Assembly: GCA_016748015.1 (NCBI GenBank)
Contig: JAAOMT010000067.1
Span: forward strand, 124,001-188,000
Length of the DNA stretch: 64,000 nucleotides
DNA from: Geosiphon pyriformis uo1
Taxonomy: Eukaryota > Fungi > Glomeromycota
Direction of reading: 5' to 3'
The notes beneath the pieces are model-generated. The model was not told the DNA's origin and ran no database searches. It saw only the letters and a program-made list of their open reading frames with translations. Positions 1 to 14,656 of this stretch are shown in pieces. The position numbers were made by a program, and so were the translations under genes. The first letter of the stretch is position 1, and each line of letters opens with the position of its first letter.

Positions 1-3000
1 CTTTTGCCAAAAAAACTTTTAATAAAAAACAAAGTGGCTGTATTTTTAAGACCTAATTATATCTAAACTTATTGCAAAAAACAAGTTTATTTTGGCATAA
101 CAAATTATGCAATATTTTAAAAATAAAGTTTTTCATAAATTTTATCTCTGTTTGTTTAATAGAAATATTGTTGTTTTAAAAGATTACTTTTGCTTATTGT
201 TATTACTTATTTTTATGCAATTAAAATTTTGGTTTTTCTACATACAAAAAACCAGTCAAAATTATACTACTTATAAATAGAAAATGCTATACAATTGCAT
301 TTTTAAAACATTAAAATTTAGTTAGTGAAAGAATAGTATTTGTTTAAATTAGCCAAAAATTGAGTTGAATAAATACTTTCAATATATATAACTTCTATTT
401 TATTGATAGTTTCTTTAACTACAATAAAAAAACTTTAAAAAACAGCTTTTAAGTAGAAAACAAATACAAATTATGTATTAATTAATAATAACTTTTTAAA
501 AAATCTGTTGTGTATAATAATATAAATATAAATTATTCTTTTATTTGCTTTATACAAAAAAAATGCCTTAAAAATAACTATAAAAAGACCATAAAACAAA
601 ATTTTATACCAGAAAAACTAAATAATTTCAAGAAAAAATATTAATTAAACTTTTTTATCTAAAAACTATGTTAAAAGCTTATTTAAGAGACTTAACAAAA
701 CAATAAATACAAGTAACATGACTAAACTGGATTTGTTCATCTATTTTAAAAGAATTAAAAACTTTAACATGATGCAAATATGAAATAAAGCTGTAAAAAA
801 ATATAAAATGACTATTTTAAACAATATTTTTAATTTTAGTATTTTACTTATTATCTTTTTATAAAGTTTTAGTTCTAGGATAGTCTTGATCAAACAAAAT
901 AAAAAATATAGATAATAATAACTACTATATTATTATAATTACTCTATAGCAAATTGTTTAAAACAAACACAGTCTTTTCAATATAAAACAGCAATTAGTT
1001 TTTAAACAAAAAATTAACTATTAAATATTTAAAACTTTTTACAATATTATTTAAAAAACAACAGACATGATAAAATTTATGTTATTTTAAAATATATGGG
1101 TAATTTATTATTATATTAATTTTTATCAAATTAGATTATTTTAGAAAATATATACTTTTTTATAAGTACTTTAGATACTAAATGTTTCAATCTAATAGAG
1201 ATATTTCTTTAAAGTTATAATTTTAGAAAGTATAATTCTTTAATTAATATAGCTTTAATTCCGAAAAATATGTTATCTTTAATTGAAACCAGGTTTTTTT
1301 TTAATACTTTAAAAATCTATTTTATGGTTGTATTAATAGCATAGTACAGAAAAAGTTCAAGTAAATAAAAATAATTACAATGAATTTTTAATTTTTTGTA
1401 ATATATAAACACTATTATTGTTATAAAATTATAGTATTAATCTTATTTTTATTTCTCAGGCTTTTTTTACAAATATAAAAAAAGATTAATTCGAAAAAAA
1501 TAAAGTCTTTAATAATTACTAATATAACAGATTACTACACAATTTACCAAATATTATTAAAAAATATATATATATCTATAACAAATATGTATAAAAATAA
1601 TATTTACAATAAAAATTTGTGTAATATTATCTAAATTTTTTTTAAGTACATTTTACTTCAGTTAGAATGACACAGTATTAAGATATTTAAAAGCAAAAAG
1701 TCATAAAGAAGCAAACAAAAAAAAAGCAGTATAGTTTAAATTAAAAGTTCAGAAATTCAAAGTATTAAATATTTTGTCTTATAAATAAATTAACAATAAC
1801 TATTGCCAATAAATGGCTTATATTTATAGTATAAAAAATTAAAAAAAAGCTGTAACAATTTTTTGTAGTTATTTACCAGAGATATATAGCATAAAAGTAA
1901 ATAAAATAAGCAGAACATAAATATTAATACAGTATTTCCAAATATTAAGAATATAAAAAAAAAATAAAAATAAAAATAAAAATAAAAAAATCAAGACTAA
2001 AAGTTATTAATAAAAACTATTTAGGCTTTTATATTTATTATGAAAATACTTATTAAGTTAAAAAAAATTTTGGAAGTTATTATATATAATAATATTCAAC
2101 ATATTATAATCAAAAAAATAACATTTATAAAAAAAATAGTAATAATAAAGATTGCTAATTTTCTTTAACTCTTTGTTCAGTAGCATACAGATAATAATTG
2201 GCTTTTAGAATACCACATTTTAACATACTGTTGGCTGTATTATTAAATACTATTGTAATTATTATTAGTTTTCTATTTTTATTTAAAATTTATTTATTGA
2301 CTTATAATAAAACTTTTATTTATTACAGTTAACTGCTATTAACATATATAATACATATTATAAATAATAGAATATTCTAAAAATAAATCAGCCATTTTTG
2401 AAGTATTTTTTAATATAAATTATATAGAGTTTCTAATATATTTATATGAATTTTAGTTTGTATAGAGACTAATTTTTGTCAACAAATAGACTGTATGTTT
2501 ATTAAAAAACTAAGCTTAAAAAAACTTTTATTAAATTAAATTATAAAATAACAAGAAGAAAAAAAAGTAATATTATCAAAACTGTATTAAATATAGAAAT
2601 ACTAACATAAGATTATTTGAAAATAGAGATATTGGCTACAAGTTATATATTATAGATTAAAAATTTGATCAATATATTAAAACTTTTGTAAAAAATATTT
2701 TATAGCTAAAAGTTAAATAAATAAATTTTAGCCACAAAATTAAAAAGTTATCATAGAATCTGAATTCTAAGAATTACTATAAGTTAAAAAAAATTAAATA
2801 AGAAATATTAATCAAATAATTTGAAGTTTTTAAGTTAGAAAAGATAATTATAAAAGCTAAAAGCTTATTGTGTTTCTTAAATAAAACTTTGCAAGCAACA
2901 AATTTTATAAATACTATTATAACTTCTCTAAATACAAGTCTATTAAATAAAGCTATAAAAAAAAATTATACAGAAAAAGTAAAACTCAAACAGTTTTATT

Positions 3001-3160
3001 GTTTTTCCAATTATTTTGCTCAACTATTTAACTTTTTATTTGTTTCTAAAATAAATAAATTTATTTTGACTAATTATTAAGCATTTCTATTTACACAAGA
3101 AAATTATTTTTTCTGAAACAAATTTTGATATTTTTATAATTTTTATTACAATATTAATAA

Positions 3161-6100
3161 TAAAATTCCAATTGAACTGAATTGAATTGAACTTTAAGTG
3201 TTGTTTAAATCCAGTTCAAATTATGAACTAAACTTGAACTAAACCAATTTTTCAAAGTAAGTTTGGTTCAAATTTGGTATTAAATCTTTTTAACAAGTCT
3301 AAGTTTGGTTTAAGTCTGGTTCAAAGTTTATAAACTTGTTCAAGTTTAATAAAATTAAAAAAAATATAACTTGTAGTACTTATTTATTAATTATTATTTT
3401 GTTTAATTACTATAATCAATTAAAAAAATATATAAAACTATATATATATAACAATTCTACTCTTTAACTTACCAAAATAAATTTATTGTCATTATTATTC
3501 AATATTACTAAAAATTTGAAATTTGAAATAACAGAATTTGATAATTTAAATAATTTTAATATTAATATATTTAGTAAACATAGTTTTAGAGTAAAATATG
3601 AGACTATTTTGATAAGTTTAAATGAATAAATAAATAAAAACAGCTAAATATACAGTCTTAAAATATGTGTATAAACCATTTTTTTGTAAAACTATGAGCA
3701 CTACCAAATTTTTATAGTGTTATTTAAAAACTTTTTACTAAACAGTATATTGTTACAATAAAAAAATATTATAAGAAAAAACAAAATGTTCAAAAAAATT
3801 GCAAGTTAATTAAAGAAATGTTTTAACAGATAAAATTGCTATTTTTTTTTATGATTTTTAGTTAATCTAACTAAAAAACTACTCTAGTTTTTTGTAGTAA
3901 CTGCTATTAATATTGATTATAAAAAACTTTGTAACATGATTATTATTTGGCTTATCAATTACCAGTAACCACTTTTTATAGTAAAAGACCCTAAATTAAT
4001 TAAAATATTCTAATATTTAAACTCTACTTTTTAGCCTGTTTGTGTTAATACAATTAAAAATAGAATTATAAAACTTTATGTCTTGGATAGACAAAAATTA
4101 AGAGTAAGTAATACTTTTATTATAAAATGTTTCTTTTTTTTTACCCATACTTATAATATAATAAATATACTTAGGCATTATTAAGTCTAAAATTTTTTTT
4201 ATATTAATTTTTTGAACATTTTCTAATAATAAAGTTTTTATTTTTATTACTGTTTATTATATTAATAACAATTAGAACCTTTAATAAACAATAATTATTT
4301 TGGATTAATAAATAGATGACATAATAGAATAAATATTGTGAACAAATTTTTTTAAATAATGAAATTACATTAAAGATATGTACATATATTTTTGCATAAA
4401 TTTGGATTAGTTAATAGTCAATAATGAAATTGACATATAATACAACATGTTAATATCATCTAAGATTCAGAATTATTTCAATGCTTATATTATCAAAAAT
4501 TATATTTTTTTAATGTTAACTTAAGTTGGTTTTTATTATTGCTCTAAATTTAAATTTTTAGTATTAATATTATTTAAGACTTAGAATTATTATAGTGTTT
4601 ATATTATTAAAAACTGTATTTTTTTAATATTAGCTTAAATAGTTTTTATGATTGCTTTAAGCCAAATTTTTAACCAAAAAGATTAAAAAAAAAGATTAAT
4701 AAAAGTTATACTCATTCTCTTTTTATACAAGTTTACTATTAATTTTATTAATTATAGTCTAATTTTTTTTAATAGCTTTTTGTTATTATCTTTAATAATA
4801 CTATAAATAATAATACTTTTGTAAAAGAATTAGTGAAAAAATTAAAAGAGAAAAATATTTAATAAAATTCAAAAAATCTTTGATTTTAATGTTTTAATTA
4901 TATTTTAAACTTGGTAGTACAGACAGCTCTAAATAAAATAAAAAATGCTATTTTCAAGATATTTGTTAAAAACTCAAACTAAATATATTTATCTAAAATT
5001 TTTTTAATATAAATTTTGTATAAATTAAAGATTAAGGAACTTAATTTTGCAATTTATATCTTGTTTTAATGTTTTAAACTCCTTAAACAAGCTTATAATA
5101 CATATTAAATTAAATATTATAAACTTATTCTAGATTGTTTTATTTAGTAAAATTTTACTTATAACATAGTTAGAAATAGATTATCTCTTAAATTTGCAAG
5201 TTATTTATTTTTGATTTTATATATTTTAAATACAAAAATTCTAACTGTAAATTTATAGACATTAAATATTCTTATTAGTACTTATATTGACTTCTATCAA
5301 TATGTTATTTCATACAATTAGTGGGATGTTTTTGATAAAATTACTAAATTTTTTGAACTATTTAAAAATATTATGATTAAAATGTTAGCCAGTTCAAATA
5401 ATGCTGCTTTCTTAATTATTCTTCTTTTTAATATTATTTTTAATTATGTCAAAAACACAGTTGATGATAATAAATTTGGTAAAGTATTATAATTTCAATT
5501 GTATTTATTTAGTTATTTATTTAACATATTTAATATTAAATCTATTACTTGTTATAGCAGTTAAAACAGCAAAAAAAAAGTTAATTGAATATTACTCTAA
5601 AACAAATATAACTGTAATGTTCTGCATTACATTAGATCCAAGAAAAAGAATTTATTATTTTACAAAAAAAAAATTTTCAAATAATATTATTAATAAAACA
5701 AAAAAATTATAAGTTATTAATTTATTTAAACAGTTTTATTTTCTAATTTTTACATAATAAATAAACTTTTAAAATGCATATTCTCTTTAAAATAGAATAC
5801 ATACTAAACATTATACCAACATTAAATAACAGTTTTTTGTTGAATAGAAATTTTAATAATACTATAGTATTAGTTATATAATTCATATTAAAGGCAAATT
5901 TTGATAATAATAAGGAAAAAAAACTTGATAAAATTAATTGTTATATCTCTGAAAAAATGGCCAATAAGAAAATATATATAATAATATAATAAAAAGTATA
6001 TTACAAAAAATATTTATTTAAATTAACATTTTATTAATAATTTGATAATTAAATACATCAAACACAATTTTTTTGTTTTGTATATATGATTCATAATTAT

Positions 6101-6486
6101 TTAGCAATTTAAAGATTATTTGTTGCTTTTGAACATGTTTTTTCTGTAGGTGAGAATATAATTACAAATATAAGATCTTGTTTAATGCCTAAAACTATAA
6201 GAGCAACAAAATATTTTCAATTATAGATATAAAGACTATTAAAAAAAATTAAATAATAATATAGTATAATATAATGTTTTTAATAATTAAACATGAACAT
6301 ATTCATAAATTTTGAACCAAATTTGAATTAAACTTGTTATATGTGTTTGAGTTTAGTTCAAGTTTGATAATTTTAAGTCTGATTTAAGTTTGAATTTAAA
6401 ATTTTGTCAAATTTTCTGTTTGAGTTTGATTTGGTTTAATAATTTAATTGAACTTAAACCAAATCAGACCAAACATTAAAATTCTA
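3161..6486 (+). mobile_element. Degenerate hAT DNA transposon
   Basis: Decayed ~12-bp TIRs (taaaattccaat at 3161 / attaaaattcta ending 6486). 8-bp TSD attaataa (3153-3160) / gttaataa (6487-6494). Clustered GAAC/GTTC subterminal repeats at 3170-3350 and 6290-6475. Internal transposase relics. Confidence 0.85.
3640..6240 (+). pseudogene. hAT transposase pseudogene
   Basis: Motif relics in order: WLINYQ*PLFIVKDP (~3950), CFNYILNLVVQTA from CxxH (~4890), KKKLIEYYSK...TLDPRKRIYYF (ORF 5446-5712), and C-terminal dimerisation relic VAFEHVFSVGENIITNIRSCLMPKTIRA (~6120-6205). Boundaries approximate. Confidence 0.8.
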
Positions 6487-6704
6487 GTTAATAATTTTGG
6501 AATTTATTTTTGCTGGTATTAATTACTTTTAAGTTTTTTTATTTACTAAAAACAGTTCTAATAATAAAGCACTATATGAGTTTTATATTAATTTTTTTTA
6601 AATTTTATAAAATTATTGCAAATTTTATTAATAAGACCACTTTTTAACAAAACACCAAATTAAACATTAGTAAAAACAAAAATATAATGTAGACAAAAAA
6701 ATAC

Positions 6705-7406
6705 TGTTATGATTGAAATTTATAGTTTTTATTAATTATTATATGTATTAGCCACTGATATTATATAATTAGCTATCCTATTTTTAGATAATAATCATTA
6801 ATCTAATTAATAACTTAACCAATAATTTAATTATTAACTTAGTTATTAACTTAATTATTGACTATTTTCAATAGCTATATAAACAATAAATCTCTTAATT
6901 ATAAAAGTATTAATAATTTAAGTAATAAAATAAAACTTACTATTAATTATTTTCTTTTATATTACTTATTTTTTTTTCTTATCTTTAAGTATTTAAACAT
7001 CTTAGAATAAAAGATTATTTGTTAGCATTTACATACTTTATCTTTTTTTTTTTTGATTTGTATTTGTTAGAATTAGCTTGAACAATAATTGCTTGCTTTT
7101 GTAATTTATTAAATAAATAAAAAATTAAAAAGCACAATAATACTTGTTATTAATTTTAAAAATTGCTAAATTAAAGCATAGAATAATAGCAGCAATATTA
7201 TTTTGTTAACAATTATAGACTATTCTTTTACTTTTAAATTTTCAGAAAAAATTTACAACTGTAATTTTTATAAGACTAATTATGTATATTAAATTCTTAC
7301 TCATTCAATTTATTTTCTTATTGTAATTTTTTCTTTGATTATTTTTATCACTTTATAATTCTGTTTTTTTTTGTTATCCATTAGCTTATTACTGCAATTC
7401 ATAACA
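6705..7406 (+). repeat. 5' LTR of C'
   Basis: tgttatgattgaaa...ataaca aligns to C LTR 55311-56048 and is followed by taaaag-tggtattt (PBS relic). Confidence 0.88.
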
Positions 7407-8201
7407 TAAAAGTGGTATTTCCTATAAAGTTGTCAAAATCTATCTTGCTTTTTATTGTATAAGTAATTATTTATATCTGCTATAACAATTAAAAGAACAT
7501 TTTGCAGTATACAACAAAAATGATTTAGGTTTTATTAAACTTAACTTTCTGCCCTTCTGCTTAATCTGTTTTTCTGTTAAAAAACAATTCAGTAAACAAT
7601 TCCAAGATTTTTGGAACTGGTTTCTAAATAAATATTTAGTTAAAACCTATATAGTTTATATAATCTATTTTTTTGATCAAGTTTATTTTGAAAAAACTCT
7701 TAAAAAAAACCAACAACATTAATTAGCTCTTATATTCAACAATTTTAAACAACAGCCCTTTGATTTCGAATACTTAAATTACCAAATTCATATTTGAATT
7801 GCTATTTATCAGTTATCTAAAACTTCTTTTAAAACAGAAAAAAAAAATTACCAAACCACTTATATTTTTAATTTTTTTTCAAGTAAATCAAATCATTTTA
7901 CACAAACAACTACTTTTGAACCAATGGCTGTTGACTCCATACAAATAAATATTTTAACCACTTTCCAAGATATACAAATTGCTTTAAAGTAAAAAAACAA
8001 TATCTTATTACTATTATTCAGAGATAATGTCTAAGATCCAATTTAATTGTTAAATAACTTTGAAAGAACAGTCACAACCAACCAATATAGTGCTAATTAC
8101 AAGTTCCAAATTATTAGTGAATATTTCAAGACTTTTTTAATACTTAGTTTTTACAAAAAACTAATATTAATGCCCAACAAAAATTATTAAATAGATACTA
8201 G

Positions 8202-9063
8202 TGTTACAGATAATTATTTGGGATGTTAAAACAAATAACAATCTATAACTTAGTACTTAATTAATATAATAGTAATATCTGAAAGTTTTGGTTGAGTTCT
8301 TTGTATAATAGACAGAGATTCAATAGTTGTTTTCAATAGCCTCCTGGAATTACAATTCTATCAATTTTTTTCTCAGCTTGATGGCCAGCAATTTTTTAAT
8401 AAGCTATCCTCAATTTTGAGTGTCTATTCTTATTCCTGAGTCTTTTACTAGTGTTATATTCTGACATCAGTATTTTATGCATTAATTTTTTTTATTAATT
8501 AACAAATTAACAATAAAACAAAAGAAAAAAAATAATAAAAATAATAAAAAACAAAAACAAAATAAGCCAAGGCAAAAAAGAGTTAGTATTCTGTTAATAG
8601 CCATAATCAAGAGTTATTGGTCTAGTGTAGTTAAGTATTAGCAACTATTAACATGAGTTGTTAATAGTGGAAAGATAAATTGTGAATGTTTAATAAGTAT
8701 TTTATTAATATTTGATGTTTTTACTTCAAATTATAGAATATTATCATATAAAAAAATAGATAGGGAATTGGAACTAAAAGTTCTAAACTAAAGATTTTGT
8801 TTTTTTTGCTTCTAATACTACTGCTATATATACATAAATTTCAGTATACAAGATTTCTTGAATTCCTTAATTTTCTAGCCAAAAATTCTGAAATTCTTGG
8901 AATCCTGTAATTTTTTGAAAGAAATTTTGGAATTTTAGAATTCTATAATTTTTTTTACTAGAATCTTATAATTTTGAAATTCTGGAATTCCACTTTTACT
9001 ACATCTTATTCTGATTGGCTAATTTGTGTACTAATATATAATTCTTATATTCTATGAGTAATA
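8202..9063 (-). repeat. Solo LTR of family A inserted in C' gag
   Basis: Aligns end to end with LTR 31783-32660. Flanked by ctag/tcag (decayed 4-bp TSD). C' gag is continuous across it. Confidence 0.88.
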
Positions 9064-9719
9064 TCAGCAAATACCAAAAAAAACAATATCTCTTTTATTA
9101 TTCAGTTTGAAAACAAATTTAGAACTTTAATCTTAATATTCAAGTAGTGCATAAAATTAAAAAAAGAACTCAAGGCTCAGAAAAAGTAGTAATTGAATAC
9201 ACAAAAACAATAAAAAAGCTTATTAAACAAGTAAATTCTAAAAGAAACTAAACAAAAAAGCAAAAAATTTACTCTTTTACAAAAAGATTAAAAACTGATT
9301 TATCATATACTTTTTGGTTTTTTTTGGCTTTAAATAATAATTTTACAATAAACATGGCCATTGAACTTGCCCAAAAAATTAATTCAACCAAAAAATACAT
9401 TTAAGATTTATACTTTTAGTTTTTATTTTTGTTTTTATTCTGGTTTTTGTTTCTCAAATGACTGCTATTTTTTTTACTATTTAAACTTGAGACTTAAATA
9501 AATAATTAATAAATAGACTAATAGCAAATTTTGTCTGGTTATTAGAACTATTGACATAAACAGTTAGAAATAATTAATAACAACAAAAATCCAGATTTAA
9601 ACTTCATTTTAATTGGCCTCAGCAACTATTTTACCAAAAACAACAAAATTATAGTCCATTTGTATACTATTATTGTAAATTAAATAAACATTTTTTAAAA
9701 AATACAACAATTCTCTATT

Positions 9720-10349
9720 TTTTTTTTTTAAAGTATTTAACAAATGTAGTTTAATTGTTATCTAGTATACAGAATCAAACTAAGTGGTCCAAACTAAATG
9801 CAATTCACACATTTTCTACATGTGGCTAGCCATTCGGGCCAGACAAGGCAACACTACACATCTATATTAACACAGAAATTACTATCTAAACCAGAAAAGA
9901 AAAGACAAGATTTGCAATAGCCAAAGCTAACAGCAAAAGATTCAAGCACACCAAAAAACCTGATCATACTATCTGACAATACAGAATTTACACAACAAGA
10001 AAAACCTGACAACACATCACCATTACCAACCAAATCAGCCTTTTTTATATGTACTCTTAACTCAGATCTCAACAATCATATTTTAGAACAATGTAACTCA
10101 ACCAATCTCCCAACCAAATTGACAACAAAATTAACAGCTTTATTTTTCCCATCAAAAACTCCAATAGCCTCTTTGTACCACTTCTTTAGCACAAAACCCT
10201 TACATATTGTCGAATACAAGCCAACATCCAAATGACAAAGATCAAATACCCAAGAAACAACAGATAGAAACAAGCTATGGGTACCAACTAAGGAAGCCCA
10301 GAAAGCAGAAACCTCAAACAAAACCTCTTTCTGAATATCTACATCCCAG
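9720..10349 (-). mobile_element. 5'-truncated non-LTR (LINE) retrotransposon insertion
   Basis: Poly-T at the left end (minus-strand poly-A). 11-bp TSD aattctctatt at 9709-9719 and 10350-10360. Minus-strand reading frame (ORFs 9854-10075, 10076-10414) ends ~130 nt before the tail. C' gag resumes after it. Confidence 0.82.
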
Positions 10350-11839
10350 AATTCTCTATTGTCACCTCCAATTTCTAAAAACAATAATAACCAAAATAAT
10401 AGATCTATTAACAAAAATGTTTCTAATTAAAAACCTAATTATGCCAACATTAATTTTTTAGAAAAAAATCCCTTAGATAAAGCCATTGTTTATTAGTCTT
10501 TAAACTGATAAATGTATTTTCAAAAAGTAAGAATACAAACTAATCAGAAGAAAACTCTTTTTTCACTTTTAACATAACTAATAATAATCATAATATAGAT
10601 AAATTAGTTATTAATCTCTCTAACTTAACCAAAAAAATAAGCTAAGATTGATTTTACTTTGGACCTTAATAAAGCTTTTAAATCAACTGTTAATAACAAT
10701 AAGCCATTAAAAGCTAAAGTTTTTAAAAATCTTCTAAAGTTAAAATTTTCAGAAATAGTACAAAAATCTGGTCCCTATTTTGTTATTAAAAATCATGAAA
10801 ACTTTAGCACACATTATTTTTGGCCAATTAATAATCTATCTACAGTTCAGAAAAAATTTTCACAAATCTTTAATCTTAAAGAAAAAAACATCAAAAACTA
10901 ACAAATACTTTTATTAAGCTGGACTTGTTAACAATAATAATATTATCTTTTTGATTTGCAAAGTCCAAGTAACTGGTTATTTTATTGATCTAATTTTAGA
11001 TAATAGATTATCTGTTAATATTATTGTCAAACATTTCTTTAAAGCAATTAGCAAAAAAATTAATGAATCTTTTACTTAATTAATAACTAATATACATGGT
11101 AACAAAAAAATATTTGGGCATAGCAAAAGCTGTTTTTGTTTACATTAATAGTATTAGCATTAAAACTGACATAAAAGTTTTTGAAGTTAAAAAATACACT
11201 ATTATTATTAACAATAAGTGGCTTAAAAAAACCAAAGTTTTATTTGACTATAAACTATGTAAATTAATCATCAAATATAGTAAAAAGCCCATTGTAATTA
11301 AATGCTGCTATTGAATAACTCTTTCAATATCCAAGCAAAACCCAAAAAAAAAACAATCAAATAAATTAGATAATAAAGAAAGCAATAAAAAATAAAATAA
11401 AAAAGAACAAGAAAAAATTGCCAAACTTGCTTATATTATCTTTACCAGCAATGACAAGTTATTAGATAATATTAAAGCAAACAAAAAAAAATTATTGTAA
11501 ATAACAAGATAATTTGTTAGTCTTATTATAATATATTTAAAAGAATTTTTGACCAAAAACTTAACAAAAAAGCCAAATACAGTTATTAGTGATATGGCTT
11601 TTGTGTTTAGTGTTTGTGCAATAAACTATTGTATTCTTCTAATAATGAATGCAAATCTTGTTTAATCTATTACAAAAATTAGAAACCAATTAGCTTAATA
11701 CTAAAAAAAAAGATAAAAGAAGTACAAAAATTCTTTGAAAATAAACCACCAAAAATTTAATTAATAGTAATGAAACAAAAAAAAATTTTCCCTTACTTAT
11801 TATTATATCTGTCTCTTGTTTTTGTAATAAAAAGTTTAC

Positions 11840-13520
11840 CAATAACTAATATCTAAGGTTAGACTAAAAAACTATTGGTCTGAATGCATCTAATCTCTTA
11901 GCCAGTTTATCAACCTGTTCCATAAGACTAACAAGATTATGTTCAAGAGTAGTAAATCTATCACTTATGTTTAAAAAAACCAACAGGAAAAACTTTGCAT
12001 CCAAATATGAACCAGCACCAAAAAAAATCAAAAGCATTACACAAAAAGTAAAACCATTAGCAATTTGAATCCAAGTTTTGTCTTCAAATAAAACTGAATG
12101 AGTGATTAGTGCTTGCTTTTTTTTTATATATACTCACTAAACTAATTTTAAAAATTGACCACATATTTGTTATGCTTATCAGAACTTCTACTTATTAAAT
12201 ACATATTAGAAACATAACCAAATTGTTTGTATTGTACATAACAAGCCAAAGAAAGACTAGTCCAATGCAAATTTACACTTTTGAAAACCAAAACCGAATT
12301 AAATATAGCAAATTTAGATGTCTTATTAGCAAAAAAAATCATAGCACATCTATTATGTACATATAAACTAGGGTTGTGGCCAATAAAACAAGTTTTCCTA
12401 TTATATAACTCCAACAAACTAAAAAGATCATAAGCAGAGATGCCAACTGACAAAATATATAATAAAGCCCAATGTAGATACCTAAATATTTATGATTGTT
12501 TATTATTAATTACCAAAGCCACATATACAGAATTTTTTTTAGAAGAATTAATCATTTAGAAGCAACCAAATAAGTAACATCTAATATATCAAACTCTACT
12601 AAGACTTTTTGCTAAAGACTAATCAATTGTAATTTAATTAAAACAATTTTACCAAATTTGGAAAAAACTAATTTTATTGCTGATTTGGAAAGATCTACTA
12701 TAATTTTTTTGACAATCATCTCTCGATTTGTGTGGCTATTTGTTTTTTTTACATTATTATTAATTAAAATATTCTTACTAATAGTCATCTCTCTAGTTTT
12801 TTTAAATACAACTCAAATATAAAAAAAGATCTGATTATTTTTAAGAATTTTGAGGAAGTAGAAGTTTTTCCAAAACTATCTACATAATAAAAAAATTTTT
12901 TAACACATAGTAATTTATTACCATTAGTTTTGCCAGAAATGACAGACAATTTAATATTTAATGTGAATAATTTTACCAAATCAAAACTTTATTTTTCTGA
13001 GACACATAATCCAACCAATAAAAGTTGCTTAAAGCTATTAAACTTAGGTAATAAAAGCATTAAAACATTATCATTATTATCACTTAAATTTATAAATAAA
13101 AATGTTATTAATAAGTATCCTAATACATATATTTGAGTACAAGTTTTCTATAGTATGATATTGTTTATATTATTTTTAATCATCAAATTATCCAAATTAG
13201 CATAGCTTGTTTTTTTGGTAACCATATTTTTTATATTTTCCACATCTAAAAAACTACTGACACTACTAGCTTTGCTACTAATTTTACTACTTCAGAACAT
13301 TACAGACTTCCTATCAAAAACATCAATATTTTTGAGATTTAAAAAGCCAACAGACAAGTTAATTATACTAATACTTATATCAAGCTTTTTTGGTTTTTTA
13401 TAAAACACACTGTAGGAGTAAACATTTTTTATACATTTTTTTTGGCACTTAAACAGGTCTCCAAACCAGCCAAATTAGAACCAGAACTACCAGCAAAAAA
13501 GCTCACTGGATTTATTACAA
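11840..13520 (-). pseudogene. Probable LINE ORF1 (gag-like) relic
   Basis: ORFs 12148-12453 and 12785-12979 resemble, from memory, repetitive glomeromycotan non-LTR ORF1 proteins (VGxxAxDL...GKTCxI..RCA..F; decayed Cys/His knuckle). Not verified by a search. Confidence 0.5.
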
Positions 13521-14656
13521 CAAAAAAAGTTAAGTTGAAAAAAATAATTAAAGAAATACAAAAGAGAAAAAAAAAGACTAATTAAATTTTCAATAAATCT
13601 TTATTTTTATTATGATTAGAAAATTGACAAGAAAAATTTTTTTTAATATATCAAAAAAACTATCTTATAACAATAGTTAAAACAAAAAGTTTTAAAGTTT
13701 TAAACATTATTTTCTTTATATTAATTAATAAAATTTTAATAAAAAAAGATTTTATTATTATTAAAGCAGCTAAACAAAACATTTTGGCAATTTATTTTAT
13801 TTTTGGCTAATGGTTCTTTTTTAATTAAAGTTTTTTTTAAAAGATATATTAAAGTTAATTCAAGTATTATTTCTATTTTTTAAAAAGTTTTAATGTTTTT
13901 AATAATAAACTAGTTAATAAACTGGTTTTTTTGTTCTTATTACTAGTATTATTATTACTTTACAAATAGTTATAAAAGCCAAAGATTTTAAAAAACAATA
14001 GTAATTACTTGTATTGACTATTGTTATACCAAATATTTTTGTGATTTTAAACAAAATTTTAAATAAAATCTTCTTAATAGTATTTAGTTCTTTTTTTAAT
14101 ATAAATAATATTAATAATAATATGTTTTTTAAGATAAACCAAAACTAATTACTAACTATATTGTTAAAATATAATGTTTTTTAATAGATTATTATTAGTT
14201 TTAAAAGCAAAACAAGATGTATTTTTGGCTGTATTTTTACTTAATTAATTTATTAAGTTATTTAATTTTTAAGAATTAAGTTGATTAAATAGAAATAAAA
14301 TCAATTTCTTTTTTTTTGTTTTTTGATATTGTCTTTAATAGTATTTAAAAAACAATTTTTAATTACTAAAAATTTTTTAAAAGAGTAGTTTCTATTCTAA
14401 TATTTAAAATTAAATTAGTTTTAGTTAATTTTTTGTTTAAATTGCTGTTTGGTTTTGTTAAACTTAAATCAAGTTTAAAAAATATGTTAAGTTGTTTTGT
14501 ATAAATTTTATATTTAAGACTTTTTTGATTGCTGTTACCAAAATTGTTGTTAATAATTTTTTTTTAATCTTATTTAAAATTGTAAAATTTTTTATAATAG
14601 TTTTTGCTTTTTTTTTTAATTTATTATTATATTTTATAATATATTTTTAAGTATAT

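Larger units (their letters stand above)
6705..11840 (+). mobile_element. Old, 3'-truncated copy (C') of Ty3/Gypsy-like family C
   Basis: Colinear with 55311-59000: LTR 6705-7406, decayed PBS at 7413, gag, TTTAAAC at 10499-10505, and protease-region ORFs 10659-10901 and 11096-11314 matching C. Interrupted by a solo LTR and a LINE fragment. Confidence 0.9.

Noticed and set aside
1-3152. Possible decayed transposon coding sequence (LINE RT/RNase H-like)
   Set aside because: No motif could be reconstructed with confidence; ORF 2868-3080 is uninformative.
13620-14656. Possible relic of another retroelement (protease-like) hosting B'
   Set aside because: Too degenerate to support a call.
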